NCBI GenBank assembly: GCA_013239625.1
Contig: MU053629.1
Location: 220,676 to 284,675, forward strand
Origin: Lama guanicoe
Lineage: Eukaryota
Direction: 5' to 3'
Length of the DNA stretch: 64,000 nt
In this document: piece after piece, positions 25,731 to 38,680 of the stretch
How the letters are laid out: each line of letters begins with the position of its first letter
How positions within the stretch are numbered: position 1 is the stretch's first letter
Program-made: the position numbers and the translations under genes
The notes under the pieces: model-generated
Seen by the model: the letters and a program-made list of their open reading frames with translations, nothing else
Databases searched by the model: none
Told to the model about the DNA's origin: nothing

Positions 25731-26461
25731 ACAATGCTCTCACTCTGGGGCGACGTGGGATGGCACTACCAGAGGGCCTCATGCATTCAGTGTACATAAT
25801 GGCCACTCAGCACGAGCTGGCACATCCAATCCCAGCCTTATCACAGCCCAGCCACCCCTCATTCCACCACAAAGGCACTCCTCCCAGCTGGAGACACGTG
25901 CGCATTACACCGCGGGGCTGCTCTCAGGGTACATCCGGGCGATAACCACCCCTTTTGGAGGGCAAGTTCTCAGGTCTGGTAACCTGTGGGCAACAGCATA
26001 TGGATGTTGCATGAGGCACATCAGTGTTATGTATTAAAATTGAAGTTGTAGAAGACTGTAAAAGAAAATAAAAGTGTGCACCATATGATCCCAGTTCTGG
26101 GGAAAGATACACACATGGGGAAAAAATCAATCAGAACACCCACTAAGCCAGAGGATGGAATTATCTCCGGATGGTGGGCTTCCAGATCATCCTAATCTTT
26201 CTCCTTTTGCCTAGATGTATTTTCTGATCAACCTAAAAAGCATGTTTCTTTTGTAATAGGGAAAAAATTGTTTCTCCTCTAAAGTAGGCACATCTCGTGA
26301 GGCCCTGTGACTAGATCAATCTAGTAGTGAAATTTGTTTAATCACCAGGGACAGAAATCAGGAGCAGGACTTTAAATGGAATTTGAATATTAACAGTGAC
26401 CACTTCAGAGCCCGGGAGATTTAGGAAAGGACAAGTCTGGGTAAGAGAAGGAGACTTAGGC

Positions 26462-26693
26462 CTATGCTGTTCAGAACAGCAGCCATCAGCCACGTGTGAC
26501 CACTGGAGCACTGGAAATGTGGCCGATTTGGACTGACATGTGCTTTAAATATGAAATAGAGATTTCAAAGGTTTAGTGTTAAAATATGTAAAATATCCCA
26601 GTAATAATTTTTAATAGTACATCTTGAGGGGATCATATTTTGAATATATTGGGTAAAATAAAATATAACATTAAAAACAATTTCTCCTGTTTC
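26462..26693. mobile_element. MER33/MER3-like hAT-Charlie element
   Basis: AGCCACGTGTG..GAGCACTGGAAATGTGGC..ATATATTGGGTAAAATAAAATATA..TTTCTCCTGTTTC. Confidence 0.75.
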
Positions 26694-28244
26694 ATACAGT
26701 ACTGGTCTAGACATCTGGCAGGACGCACAAGTTCTCTGAAATACTTCCCCAAAGTACAAGCAATTTGAAAGAGTGATTGCCTCACAGGATACCCACTAAC
26801 CTTAGTTTTACTTGGGGCTTTCACAGGACCAGCACTGAAAAGGGCAGTTGGTTGACAAATGAGCACAACAAAAACGAGCTCTGGGTGCTACAAGGCCATT
26901 AAATGCAACCACTTAATAGCGTGCATGTTGATCCATGTAACTGTACTCTATCAGCTCACGGAAAGTTAAGGAAACACCGTGTTGCTGTAGACAGCCGCTA
27001 GCATCTTCCCCTGGGAAAAGCCCTCATGCCTGTCACGGGGTGCTACCCGGGAGCTGCCAGTGGCACCCACACACCAGATGTTGACTTGAGCTCATCTGAG
27101 CATCTGATCATTTCAAATCTATTTCTTTCCCTAGAGGAATGTGAAAACGCACCCATTTGGCCAGGGTCCTGCCTCACCCCTGAACCTTTCCCCAGATTTG
27201 CTTAAAGAACAATAGCTGCTGCTTAAGGAAACAAAGGGCTGTGAAAATGTTTTTCCCTCTCCATAATAAACATTGCAAAGGTTCAGCTTAGAGAAATTTT
27301 TTTCTCTTAAAATGCCAGATATTCTCTGCAGTTAGCATTTCCCGTAAATTTAAGTTATTCAGATTCAAATGTGCCACGTCCCTGGGCCTTCTACTCTTTA
27401 AAGTTCCATGTGCCATATGGGACTCTTTTTAAGAGAGATGACTGTGGTTCTTTTGCAAAACAAAAGTTGAAAGTCTTTCTCTCTCTATAGAAGTGCAGTC
27501 TGACATTTGCCCACAATCACATGTTCCTTCTCACAGCTCAAATGACACCATTGGCAAGTTTCAAGCCAGGAGGGGACGAGCCAACCTGAACAACCCCCTC
27601 CTTCACCACTATCTGACTGGATGCCAGAGACCCGACAAGGCTCTGAGGATGAACTGTCCACCTTGAAGAAAAGATGGATTCTGGACCCACTGGGGTAGCT
27701 GGGCTTTCCAGTCCTGAAAGTGGCCAATATTACCACTCTACTCCCATTTGGCATCCCTGAAGCAAAGGCATCTTGGAAAGAAGTAACCATCATGGCCCCA
27801 CGGGAGGCTGCACACCATGCACATAACTGCTGGGAGCAGCAGAGAAGTAAGTTCCCTGTAGCCAGCACCGCCCGGCTCAGTGCAGCCACAGGAGGTGCTG
27901 CCTGAACTTAAAATTTTAGGGCTTGAACAGGTGCATCTACGAAGCAAACCAATGGACTGAAGAACAAAGCTCCCTACAGCCCCCTGACTTCTCGCAGTTA
28001 AGACTTTGGCTCTTGGTGTTAGAGCAGGCAGAGAGCTAGATATGAGCAGAGAAAGGGGGACACAGACCATATGGCAGGAATTGGGCAGAAAGGAGGGGCA
28101 CAGGCCAAATGCAGGAAACCACACATCATGTGAGCAGCAGGGATCCTTGGGCAGAGAAAGAAAAGACTGGAATCTTTGATAAGGGGCCACACCTTTTGGC
28201 TTGGAGACCAACAAAGAAAGGTCAGAAAAGGCAGGAATTTCCAG

Positions 28245-28657
28245 TGTCCGAATGTAACCTTTTACTCATTATGCCCTCATTTCAATAAAATTAGCCTTGC
28301 AGATCAGAAGTACCCATCACACACCAATGCCATGACACTCCCGATCCAGACTAAATAAGGACAAAATTCCCTCCTCCCTTCGGGAAGGTGGAGTTGGGAT
28401 GATAATCAGGGAACACGACCCCAAACCCTTCCCTCCCCAGTGAATATTACGCCCATTCATTTTTACATCCTATGTAACTAACTTGCCAAAGAAACTCAGG
28501 GCAGCTGCTCACCTGAGCCTGCCCGCTCTCCCCTGAGAGTGTACTATCCATTCTTTAATAAATCCTCACTTTACCTTTTTAACCTCTAAGTCTTGTCTCT
28601 AAATTCTTTCTGGGACGGGACAAGTGCCTGGAACACCAGTTGCACCTATCGGCGACA
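28245..28657 (+). mobile_element. ERV1-like solo LTR (413 bp)
   Basis: TGTC..GACA termini; U3/R-like GAGAGTGTACT..AATAAA (~28557-28562); U5-like AAATTCTTTCT; 4-bp flanks CCAG/CTGG. Confidence 0.75.
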
Positions 28658-31600
28658 CTGGTACAGTCTAAAACGTGAAGGACCCTCCAGCGATTAATAC
28701 AGAACACTCCTTGTTGCCCTTTACAAGTGAGGGCTTCAAATAATATGACATTTTTGTACCCCAAGTAATATGAAGAAATCCTTATCTATTTCATATAGGA
28801 CTAAATACTATTCAATGTGTGTCATCTTTGAGAGACGTTTCACACAAATGCTTTGTCAGATCATACGTCACCAGAAGTATACTTTATTATAATGCCCTGC
28901 GATTACTTTGAAGTATATATGTTGTGAGACAGCACACACCTCAGGAAGGTTTCAGTAAGACATTTACACACTTGGTGCTGGGTGTGCCACTTGTTTCTTA
29001 AGTGAAGATGCACAATTTCAAAGCAAACTCACACGACGGAACCCAAACATCCTGTGCTTGACCACATCTGCCCTCCCCATCAGGAGAAGCCAAACATCAC
29101 ATCATGGGGGCCTCGTGCACAGTGTCTCTAGTTGGTGTCCATTCATCGTCTCCACAAAAACCTCCTGGATGGGACCTGTGGACAACAGGAGGTTCGTTAA
29201 TAAATTAAAGCACACCTGTGTGAGAGACCATTAACGTCCATGTTTTATAATCCAGAAGAGTATAAGCTCAGAAAAATTAAAAAAGTCCACAAACCAGAAT
29301 TGTATTAAGTGATGCCATTTCTGAAGGGAAAAAAAAGTACCCATGGCAAACACTGTGGAATGTTACCGGCAAGTTGACTCTGCATGGCTGGATCACCGAT
29401 TATCATAGTCTTCCTCTATTTACTTATCTGTATTTTCTAGATTTACCAAAGTGAAGGTGTATTGCCTCTACAGTAGAGCCCCTCCCTCTCAAGTAGATGC
29501 TTCTGCTGGGAGATGGAGCTGAAGCTGGTTTACGTAGACAATGAAAGTGAGTTACCAATAGCTGAAGACATCAGGGTGGAACTTAAGAGTTAGTGTATTA
29601 AGAGTTGCCACTTTAGAGCCTGGGTTCTTGGGAAAGGACAAATTTGGGTAAAAGAAAAAGCCTTTAGTCACACGAGAGGGTACATGAGTTCCCTGAAAGC
29701 TCAGGAAAAAGGGAAAAGGCCTGATCATAGTGCAGTTTTCCCTGAAGCCCTTGAATGTCAAATGCTGGGCCCCTCACCGGGCAAAAAGAGGCCCACCCTA
29801 CCTCGCCAGCGTGTATGCACATTAAGCCATACAACTGGGGGCCTGATAAGAGAACAATGCACTTACGTTGAAAGGGGAAAACCAAGAACCACGAGCCTGT
29901 GGGAGCACTGAATCAGGCCAGGCCCAGGGCCGTAGGTGGAGGCCAGCCACGGGAAGGACTCAGCAGTACGGGCCTGTGTGGAACTGAGCATGGGACAGAC
30001 GCATCCCAACCCGTCCCCGAAGAAGAAGATCGGTGTCTCTGGAGATGTTCACATTAGGATGAATGAATGAATGTGGTTTACAATATATGATTTTGGTTAT
30101 TTTGATTTTGGTCATTTTGTTTCTTCACCTTTAAAATTAGTCATGTCATAATTAATATGCAGTCAATGGTTACCCCAGAGAAGTTCCTTTGGAAAAACAC
30201 AATCTGGTTAAAATTGATCCTAGGGAAGGCTTTTGGACTACCTTCAAATTTCAAATTCTATTTTCAGGTAAGAGGAAAAGAGAAGGATGGAAACTTACCT
30301 AGTTCTTAGTTTCTTTAGTTTCATACTTCTTGTCTCTTTCTTCCTCTCTAAAATATTCTAGCCCTTCTCACTCGTAAGGTTTTGAATCCTTGAAGACATT
30401 AAATCAAGATTTAAATGAAGATTAACAAGGCACTGTGTTGTACTGCAAATTAAAATAGAACAGTGCTTAAAAACTACTATAAATCTTGTAGTTCACTAAG
30501 TAGGGTGTCAATGGAACGTTTCAGTCTTTGTGACAACCTAGAAGATGTGAGGAGAATGGCAAAGGGGTGGCAAAGGGAGGAGGCAGAGACAGGAGAACTT
30601 GGTGCACCAGGGAAACAGCACAGTACAAACACAGAGCCAGACTCTGCACTGTTAGTGGGAATGCAAAATGGAACTACCAATTCAAAGAACAGTTGGGTAG
30701 TTTCACTGGTTGTTAAATGCATACTTTCCAAGTGATGAGCCACTCAATTCTACACACACAAATAGCCTCAACCCAGTTTAAAAAAAAAAAAACACAAATA
30801 GTGAACCCTAATGTAAAGTATGGACTTTAGTTAAGAATAACGTATCAATAGAAGTTTAAAATTATAAAGATTTTTATGCTTAATATTCCTCATGTGGGGG
30901 TGAGGATTCCAAATCCACCCTCCCTAAAGCACAGACATGAGGCTCTCTTAACCCCTCCAAACAGCCTTGCGATCCCTATGACTTACCTGCGTTTTAAGGC
31001 ACCTGAAAAGCAGCATTTTCCAGAAGTAAGCAAACCTCCTGACGTAGAAAGTGGGAAGACTGCAGGCATTTGTTCCCCTGAGAACCGGAAGTTCTGTGCA
31101 TGCGAGGAAGACGATGTGTTTGCTCAGGGAGCCTGGGTTCTGGCAAGTCCGTCCCACGGTGAAAGGTGGAGGTTGAGCCTCTGGTCCATCAAAGTCTTGG
31201 CTCTTAAGTAGCCCACCAGCTGTCTTCCTGCCCCAATTACCGGGCCCTTCACCTCTGCAGGCCTGCTTTTCCCACCTTTATCCAGGATGAGCTCCTTGGA
31301 TGCTCTGCCCGCCTCCTTGCTCTGACACTCCCTCTTTTTCCTCCTCCACAAAACTTGATTCATTTCTGCCACAGCCGGTCTCCATCCAAGTCCAGTTTTG
31401 ATCTCTCTTTCCTAGAGAATTCAACCTAGGAACTTTGGAAATCTTCAAGGTCAAATCCATTACTTTACAAAGGAGGTAACAGATTCCATGAGGTAAGGTG
31501 ACTACCGTAGGACAATGTAGTTAATTCTACATCCACCATTGCCACCATATTAGGCAACTGAATAATCAAATGACTGCCATGATCATGTGTCCAAGATTTT

Positions 31601-31751
31601 GAATCCTGATTTCAAATGTCCTGTACGGTCATCAGGACACATTAAGAATTTCACTATCTAACATTGCAACTGCTACTGCAGATGTGTTAAGAGGGACCTT
31701 CTGCAAGCAATACATTTACTTCTGTTACTGAATCCAACTTTCCAGTTATGA

Positions 31752-31900
31752 AGCACTGATTCTTAACTTTTTAGTGCAATGAACTCTCTTTAGGAAACTG
31801 ATGAAACTTATGGACCCTCTCCACACAAAAATATTTCCACAGAAACATAAAATTTTGCTCCAGTGAATTAACCATGCAGTACATGACTGTGAAAACCCTT
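31752..31900. mobile_element. MamRep38-like hAT non-autonomous element
   Basis: GATTCTTAACTTTTT..CTGATGAAACTTATGGACCCTCTCC..AAAATTTTGC; a related copy lies in opposite orientation at ~57725-57875. Confidence 0.55.
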
Positions 31901-31984
31901 GCTCTGATAGCAGAAATCAGCCTATCTGCCATGTGGTCAGGGACAACTTTAAAATAGCTCTTAAATCCTAACAAAAATTTGCCA

Positions 31985-32160
31985 ACATTTATATGACAGA
32001 TTACAGAGCACGTTTAATCCTCACAACAACCCTGTGAGGTAGGTATTAATACCCCAGTTTTACCCACAAGGAAACCACAACCCAAAGAAGTTTGGAGACT
32101 TGCCAAAGTTCACACAGCTTATAGTTGCAGTGCCAGGACTAGAAGATGGGCTTTTTGTTC
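31985..32160 (-). mobile_element. MIR SINE
   Basis: TTTAATCCTCACAACAACCCTGTGAGGTAGGTATTA..ACTTGCCAAAGTTCACACAGCT. Confidence 0.75.
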
Positions 32161-35100
32161 CTTGATCAAAACATCTTTACATATAATGTGCTCAGTTTGG
32201 GAATTAAGATCCTACCGAGGGAAGACTCATTGGCAAGCCCTTTCAACAAAGAGGGGACTATGAGAGGCTACAGAACAGAGCCCAGTGAGCTGTGTGGACA
32301 CACTCCCCGAGCATCATTCCCGGGCAGGGATACGAGAAAGGATGTCCTTAGAATTGCAGGCTTTGGGGTCCAGACAACAAACACCATTCGAAGGAACACA
32401 AAACAGAGCCAAAGCAGATGCCAGAAGTTGCAAGACACACAGGTTTGGTTTTGGTTCTGTTTTCACCATAGTCATGAATTATTTGGCTCTTTTCCCAAAG
32501 AGCTGAAAGTTAGCTGGGAGGGGACCCAAAAACATTTTCAAAAAGGCAGAACATACACCAAAACGGGAATCTGAGAGCCAGAAAACAAACATCCAAACTT
32601 CACCTAAAGATTAAGATGCTTGGAAACCTGATAAATGGCCATAGAGAAACACCTCCAATAGGGAAAGGTGGGGTGAGAAACCCTAATCAACCCGTAAGCC
32701 AGAGATTTCAGAATCTCCACAAAGTCCCTGGTCATATTCTTCATGACCCAGAACCTTCCTTTGGCCATCTGCTCAAAGACATGAAGAGAGGGAAGTTCAT
32801 GCCATTGTTTCTGGGCTGGATCAGTGGAAATTGAATGCTGTCCAAGGACTGTGGCAGGTTTTTGAAAGTTTTCAACGGTCCACAGCAAATGAGAAAACTA
32901 TGGTGGTGCTGTTGTTTTAGTAAACGAACCTATCTATCCAAATGAGAGCACTGTCCACCACTGTGCTACCTTAGTACAAAAAGCACTCTTCAAAATGCTT
33001 GGTAAAATGACAGTAATAGAGCCAATTTCCTTCACCCAGCTTTGTATGTATGTATCAGAGTGTCTACCCAGCCAGTGCCTTAGTTCCAGGGTCTTGGGGA
33101 CTCTGGCCAGGCAACCTTAAGGCCCTTGCCAATTATCTTCAGCAGAAATGAACACCTTAAAAACAGACCACGTAGGAAAGGGTTTCCGGATCCCATCATA
33201 ACCTACCAATCTACCCCCCTCAAACTCTGGAAACCCACAGCTACTTTTCAACGTCTGCTTTGTAAAACCAAACCTACTCATACAGCAAAACTTGACTCCC
33301 TCAGAAGGCCCCCCAGCTTCAGCAAAGACCCTTAACCCACCCTTCACATAGTGGTAGCCTCTTCTACAAGAGGGGTCTTCGGGCTCTCTGGACTTCGGGG
33401 ACCCATAAATCGGATACCAAAATGTTTTTCTTCAGCTTCTTTGTGGTCATTTGGGGATAAGGATGCTTCTTCATTCTTCCTTTGCATTTTCCAAATTTCT
33501 CACAACTCCCTTCTCCTCCATTTTTCACACAGCATGACAGGCAAGCGAGAGCCTGAGGTGAGTCGCAACTGAACCACTCACAACAGCACAGAGGTACTTC
33601 AAGGAGAGGAGAGGAGAGAATATGGCCCGTCACACCGTGCCTGCGGGTATGGCGCCAGGACACAGGAAGCGTCCTATCCCTGACTCACTTCAGAATAGTG
33701 ACTGTAACACCATAACCCGGGTTCCCACCCGGGGGAAGGAGGGAAGCCACGTATCCTTAGACCATACACGACAGCTTGTCATCCACCCTCAGCCCAAGAG
33801 CAATTACAAGAAGACTTCAGGACCCATTCTGGGGGCCTCCCTTTTCTTAAACACAGAAAAGGGAGTACTCGGAACGCCACTTCTCACCCCACGCCCTTCA
33901 GGCCACCATGACATTATCTCCCCTCTACATACGAGCTCTTCTAGAGCACAGAAGGACTCATGTTCATCTTTTATCACCAGTACCTAGACAGTGCCTGGCA
34001 TGTAGTCAGCACTCCGCATTTACAGGAAGGAAAGGAGGGAGGAAAGAAGGAAAGTTGAAGCACAGGAAGGGATGTTTCCTGTTTCCTGTTCTGTGGGTTT
34101 CTTGTGTGTTTCTTCCTTTGCCGTCGCCCCTCCCCTTAGCCTTTGCCCTTTCCTCAATATTCATTTATCTTTCCTTTTGTACAACCTCTACCTAAATCAG
34201 TGTTTCTTCTACTTTTTTCCCCCTTATGTTTCTCCTCTCTCTGTTGCTGCAGCCTAACTTCCCTAACACTTTTATTCTCTATAACGTTCTTGGTTTCTCC
34301 TTTGCTTGCTCTAGTTTCGTCATTCTTCTTGGCTTCCTTTATGGTGAGGATCACCAGACCCAAGGGAAGTGAAAAGGCAAGTAATGCTGAAAAGAGGGAT
34401 GCCACAAAATGATGAAAGGAGAAATAGCTAAGAGGAGGAGGCCCACAAACCCAAGCCCACGGGTCCAGCAAAAAGAAGCCATTAATTCCTTTTTTCCCTT
34501 ATCACAAAGGACAAGAAATTTCTATTTATATGTTTTCTAACCTATTCTTTAGCTTCTTCAAAGTTACCGCAAAAGCTCTTCCAGTTACCATCAACCTAGA
34601 AACTGACCCTTTCAAGGGTATGTATGTATCCTTGCTCAGCATGGGAACACCTGGCACTTTGTCTGTCAGCACACTGCTCCCAGGAGGCCACCGCAGGCCC
34701 TGTTTATATGAGTGACAGCAAAGGCCCCAGCTAGCACCCTGAGGCTGGGGAAGAGTCCTTGCTCAGCACCACTGTCACGTGCCTCATGTCCCTCCCCCAC
34801 TTCCTGACCATAATGCAGTGTCCCCCGGGGCTGGTATCTCTGCAAACTCCCTCTTCCCAGCTCCAAATCTGGATTCCAAAGGTTTTGGGCCTCCTCAGAT
34901 GATCTCACAATTGGAGGAGGGAACAAAACTTAGGAGACTTACAAATCCAAAATCCCAGTTTCCCACTAGAATCTAGCCCTCCCTACCACCTAGCCTAGCA
35001 GCACAGAAGGTATGGTTTTCGATTTGGGGACAAACAGCACAGGCTAACTGGAGGCACTCTGGTGATGCTAAAATGGACGGGAGAGCTAAGAGGTCAAAGA

Positions 35101-36628
35101 AGCAAATAACCAGAAAAGACTTTTCCAGTTTAGAATGTAGATGTATAACTGACATTGTACATCTAGTGTCCTTCCTACTGGGGAATGCCATTCATAGGGA
35201 CCACCTGCCTAATAATGAATATCATGTCTCATTCTCAACCAAAGACTCCAGCTACTCTGACACCACTTGCCAGATCCTGAATACTAAGGGGTATTCAGTT
35301 TCAAGGTTGGATCCCAAATTCTTAACAGCCCTTAGAATTATGTTTGGACTGCTGTTTAGGTGTCCCTGCAATATTGTTTCTATTCCCCAGGCCCACTTAA
35401 AGAGACAGGGTACTAATTGAAGAGAAATGAAGAGCAATCTTCCTCTAATTTCACACGTGTCCCTTAGGTCAGGAATGACTATCCAGTGATGTCCCACCCT
35501 CTTTTCCTTTGGGTCTGTGAGGACTGTGGTAAGTCTTTTCTAACCACTACCACCATGGACATGAACATCCATACGCAGGCTTAGCCTATTTTAAAATAGG
35601 TTTTAAGAGTGCCCCGCCCACAGGACTTTCAAGGCAGCCTTTCTTACCACCCCAGTTAGTATCTACTTCACTTTCCCAGTTCTGGCCTCAGGAAAAACAC
35701 CCCCTCAGTTCCAAAATGCCCAGAATCTCTGGAGAACCCACACCTAGGTCCAGTCTAATATCATTTCAGGGTTCCTCCTTGGGAACACCACCAATGTTTG
35801 CCTCATTAACAGACAAAACTTCAGAGCCCCGTTGGAGCTCACACATGTGCTCAAATCTACAAGCCAGAAAGCCTGTGCTAGTGAGAGAGAAAAGCAGACT
35901 CTCCCACGAGGGACAGAAGTCTCAGAGGGAGATTTTCTTTTGTTTAACCCCTTGAACCCAACAGCACATTGTTAAGTGACTTCTCCAATGACATCAAAGG
36001 GACTTTAAAGTCTTTTTGGGAAACAGCTTTCTTCCTGTCTCCTAAGAATGGGGAGAAGGAATACATCGTCCCCTAAGAGATGAGAGAATAAGAGGGCTCT
36101 GATAGGGAAAAGATAGGAACAGAAGGTAAGTAGGAATGGCCTAGATGGCAGAGACCCCTAGGCTTATCTTGAGACAGGGATCTGGGTGCAGAGGCTGAGT
36201 CCGTGCGACCCTGACTGGTTGCAGGCTTCAATAAATTGATGACCACAGTCCCAAGGTGATCACTTAGAGCAGGAAGCATGCCTGCTCCCTTCTTAGAGTC
36301 AGAAAAGCTGGCTAAAAACCCTCAGCCTTGAGCAAAAGAGAAGTCATCTGCCAGGCTGGCAGCTGAAACTCAGAACTCAGTATTTATGGGTGCAACTGCA
36401 AATTTCACCCAATTTAGCATCCACTGTATAACTTTCTGCCCAGGACAAGGTTTGAAATGTTCCAGTGGTTCCCCCAAGGCCACTGCACAGGCCAGCTGCA
36501 TTATTTAAGAAGGCCTGTGCAGCTCCGACCTAATCATCCTAGATACAGAATCTTCTCCTAAGGCCACTGTCACCACAAGAATATATGGCTCTGCTACAGT
36601 TCAAGGCCTGAGCAACAGCCTAGGTGGT

Positions 36629-37113
36629 CGTGTCCCCGCATCTACAGAGCCTCCTGGCCTGCCGGCCTGCCTGCCGCAGTGTGCGAGCCTGTGCCCACCT
36701 CGACCCCCGCAGCGAGCTTAACGGAAGGCAGGCCGGGAGGGGGCAGGGGAGCGGCCAACGCCTTCCAACGGCAGCTGGGGGCGAGGGGGGGCTCGAACGG
36801 GGGTCTCCCGGCGATTGGGCAGGGGCGCTGCTGGTGTACAGGGATCCCAGGGCTTCCCTGCAGGGGCCGGACCAACGGCTGGGCTGATGTTCCGCTGGCC
36901 GGTGGCCGCTCTCCTGGGCGGCCCCGCCCCCTTGCACTTGTGTGACCTTGGAGCTCTGTGCACGGATCCCTCCTCCGGGCTCGCGCTGGGCTGAGCCCTG
37001 CAAACGCTGGGGGCCACTTGGAGGTTTGGCTGGTGGCAGCCCCGAAGCTCTGCCCCTCCTGCGGTGGCTTCCAGTTGCAGTTACCTTCCTATTTCCCTGC
37101 ACAGGCTCCGCGT
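36629..37113. promoter_or_regulatory. Orphan CpG island / candidate MYB (A-MYB)-driven bidirectional promoter
   Basis: About 35 CpGs in ~485 bp (hand count). TAACGG 36719-36724, CAACGG 36766-36771 and 36873-36878, CAGTTG 37072-37077, CAGTTA 37078-37083; minus-strand CCAAT 36814-36818; GCCCCGCCCC 36921-36930. No recognisable repeat or CDS. Confidence 0.75.
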
Positions 37114-38499
37114 AGGGTCCCTGGTGCTACATGAACAGTTTCAACCTGGACGTGGGGAGGCAGTGGTATAGCCTTCTGCCCTTACCAGCCCTTCCGGCTT
37201 CATTTTCTTCATCTTAATTGCTTGGGCCATCGTAGACTTTTCTGGACCATGGGGGTTGGGGCAGGTGCCCATTTACCACCTCTCAGTCCTCCCCAGAAAT
37301 GAAGTCATTTCACCCTTTCCCTCCTCCACTCCATGCTGAGGCTCTCATATCAAGCTTCTTCCTGCCTCCGTGCCCACCCATTCTTCTTGCCCTCATCTGG
37401 GGTAAAGAGGTTCTGGCTGAGCAAAGGTGGCCATCCTGCCACCTCCCCCGTGCAGCTCCTTGTTCGGAAGCATCTGGGGCATCTGAGCATCTGTGCTCCT
37501 GTCACTCCCATGTTTCTGGTCCCTCCTGGGTCTGTCTGGCATTCTCTATGTTGCCCTGTCATCACCCTCTCCCAGGTGTCAGTCACCACACATCCTTCAA
37601 CTTGCTTCTCCTTCAGGTCCAAAGGGCATGTGCTGGTGGAAAGCAGCACTTGGCACTGTCTGTATTGGCCTCTGTGCTTGGCTTATTAAACTCAGACATT
37701 TAATGAATATCATTTTGAAAAACATTTTTACTTGAGCATTTACTTATTGATTACAGGTTTAACACACATCTTCTATGTTATTTAAATTACAAAGTTAGGA
37801 TAGTTGAGTCATTTGAACACTTCAATGGCTTAAACAGCAGACACAACTGGAACTTCTTACCAAAACTATAATAGCTTTATAACTCCCCACCTCCCCAAAG
37901 GCAACAATTGAACTTTGTTTCTTACACCTACTCTTTCCTTGGGCAGAGGGAGAAAGAGATGCCAAAACAGGGACAGTGGTTATTTGTTGGCGATGAGATG
38001 AATGCTTTCCATTTTCCTATTTATCTGTGTTTTCTACAAAGCAAATATATTTTTAAAGCCTTTTTTAAAAGAGACATGAAGAGACTGTGGGAACAGGGAA
38101 TCAAAACCTTTGACAATCTGATCAAAGGACATGTGTCTGCTCTTTCAGGGAATTTTCCCTAACACTTGCAAGCCTTTCCCACACAGTGTGGTCCTAACAA
38201 AGAAGAGGCAAGGGCAGCTTAGGGTAGATGGAGGGGAACTGGTGTGGAAAAGGTTAGTGGGGATTCTGACCATGGTTTGGGGCAGAGGAACCTGAGCGAT
38301 TCATTGTACCTCCCCTAAGAGAGGGACCAGCCGAGTGACACTGCGCACTCGTGAGCTGGGAGCAGATTGCTCTGTCCCCAGGAGGTATCCCATATTTTGT
38401 TTATTCAATCCTCAGGCTGCTTTCCCACTCTTTGGAAAGTGTAGGGCAGGATTCCAAATTACAGCCACCAGAGTATTCAAAATAATTTGGGAGAGCCTA

Positions 38500-38680
38500 G
38501 GGGTTAAGACTCCGGCTGTGAAATCAGACAGGACCAGCTTTCATCTAAACTCTCCACACCGATCAGGTGTGTGACCTTGGGCAAGCCATCCAAACAAAGA
38601 GCCCCTGATTTTTCCATCTCTACACAAGTGATAATACTCGCTGGAAGGATTATCATACATCACGGCACCTGTCACGTCGT
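38500..38680 (+). mobile_element. MIR SINE
   Basis: GGTTAAGA..GTGTGTGACCTTGGGCAAG..TTTTCCATCT. Confidence 0.6.

Noticed and set aside
33350..33560. Possible processed pseudogene fragment (coding-like purine-rich minus strand)
   Set aside because: No identifiable parent protein, poly(A) tail or TSD.
36620..37102. Protein-coding gene at the orphan CpG island
   Set aside because: ORFs of 77-160 aa on both strands are GC-driven, with no recognisable domain or exon structure.
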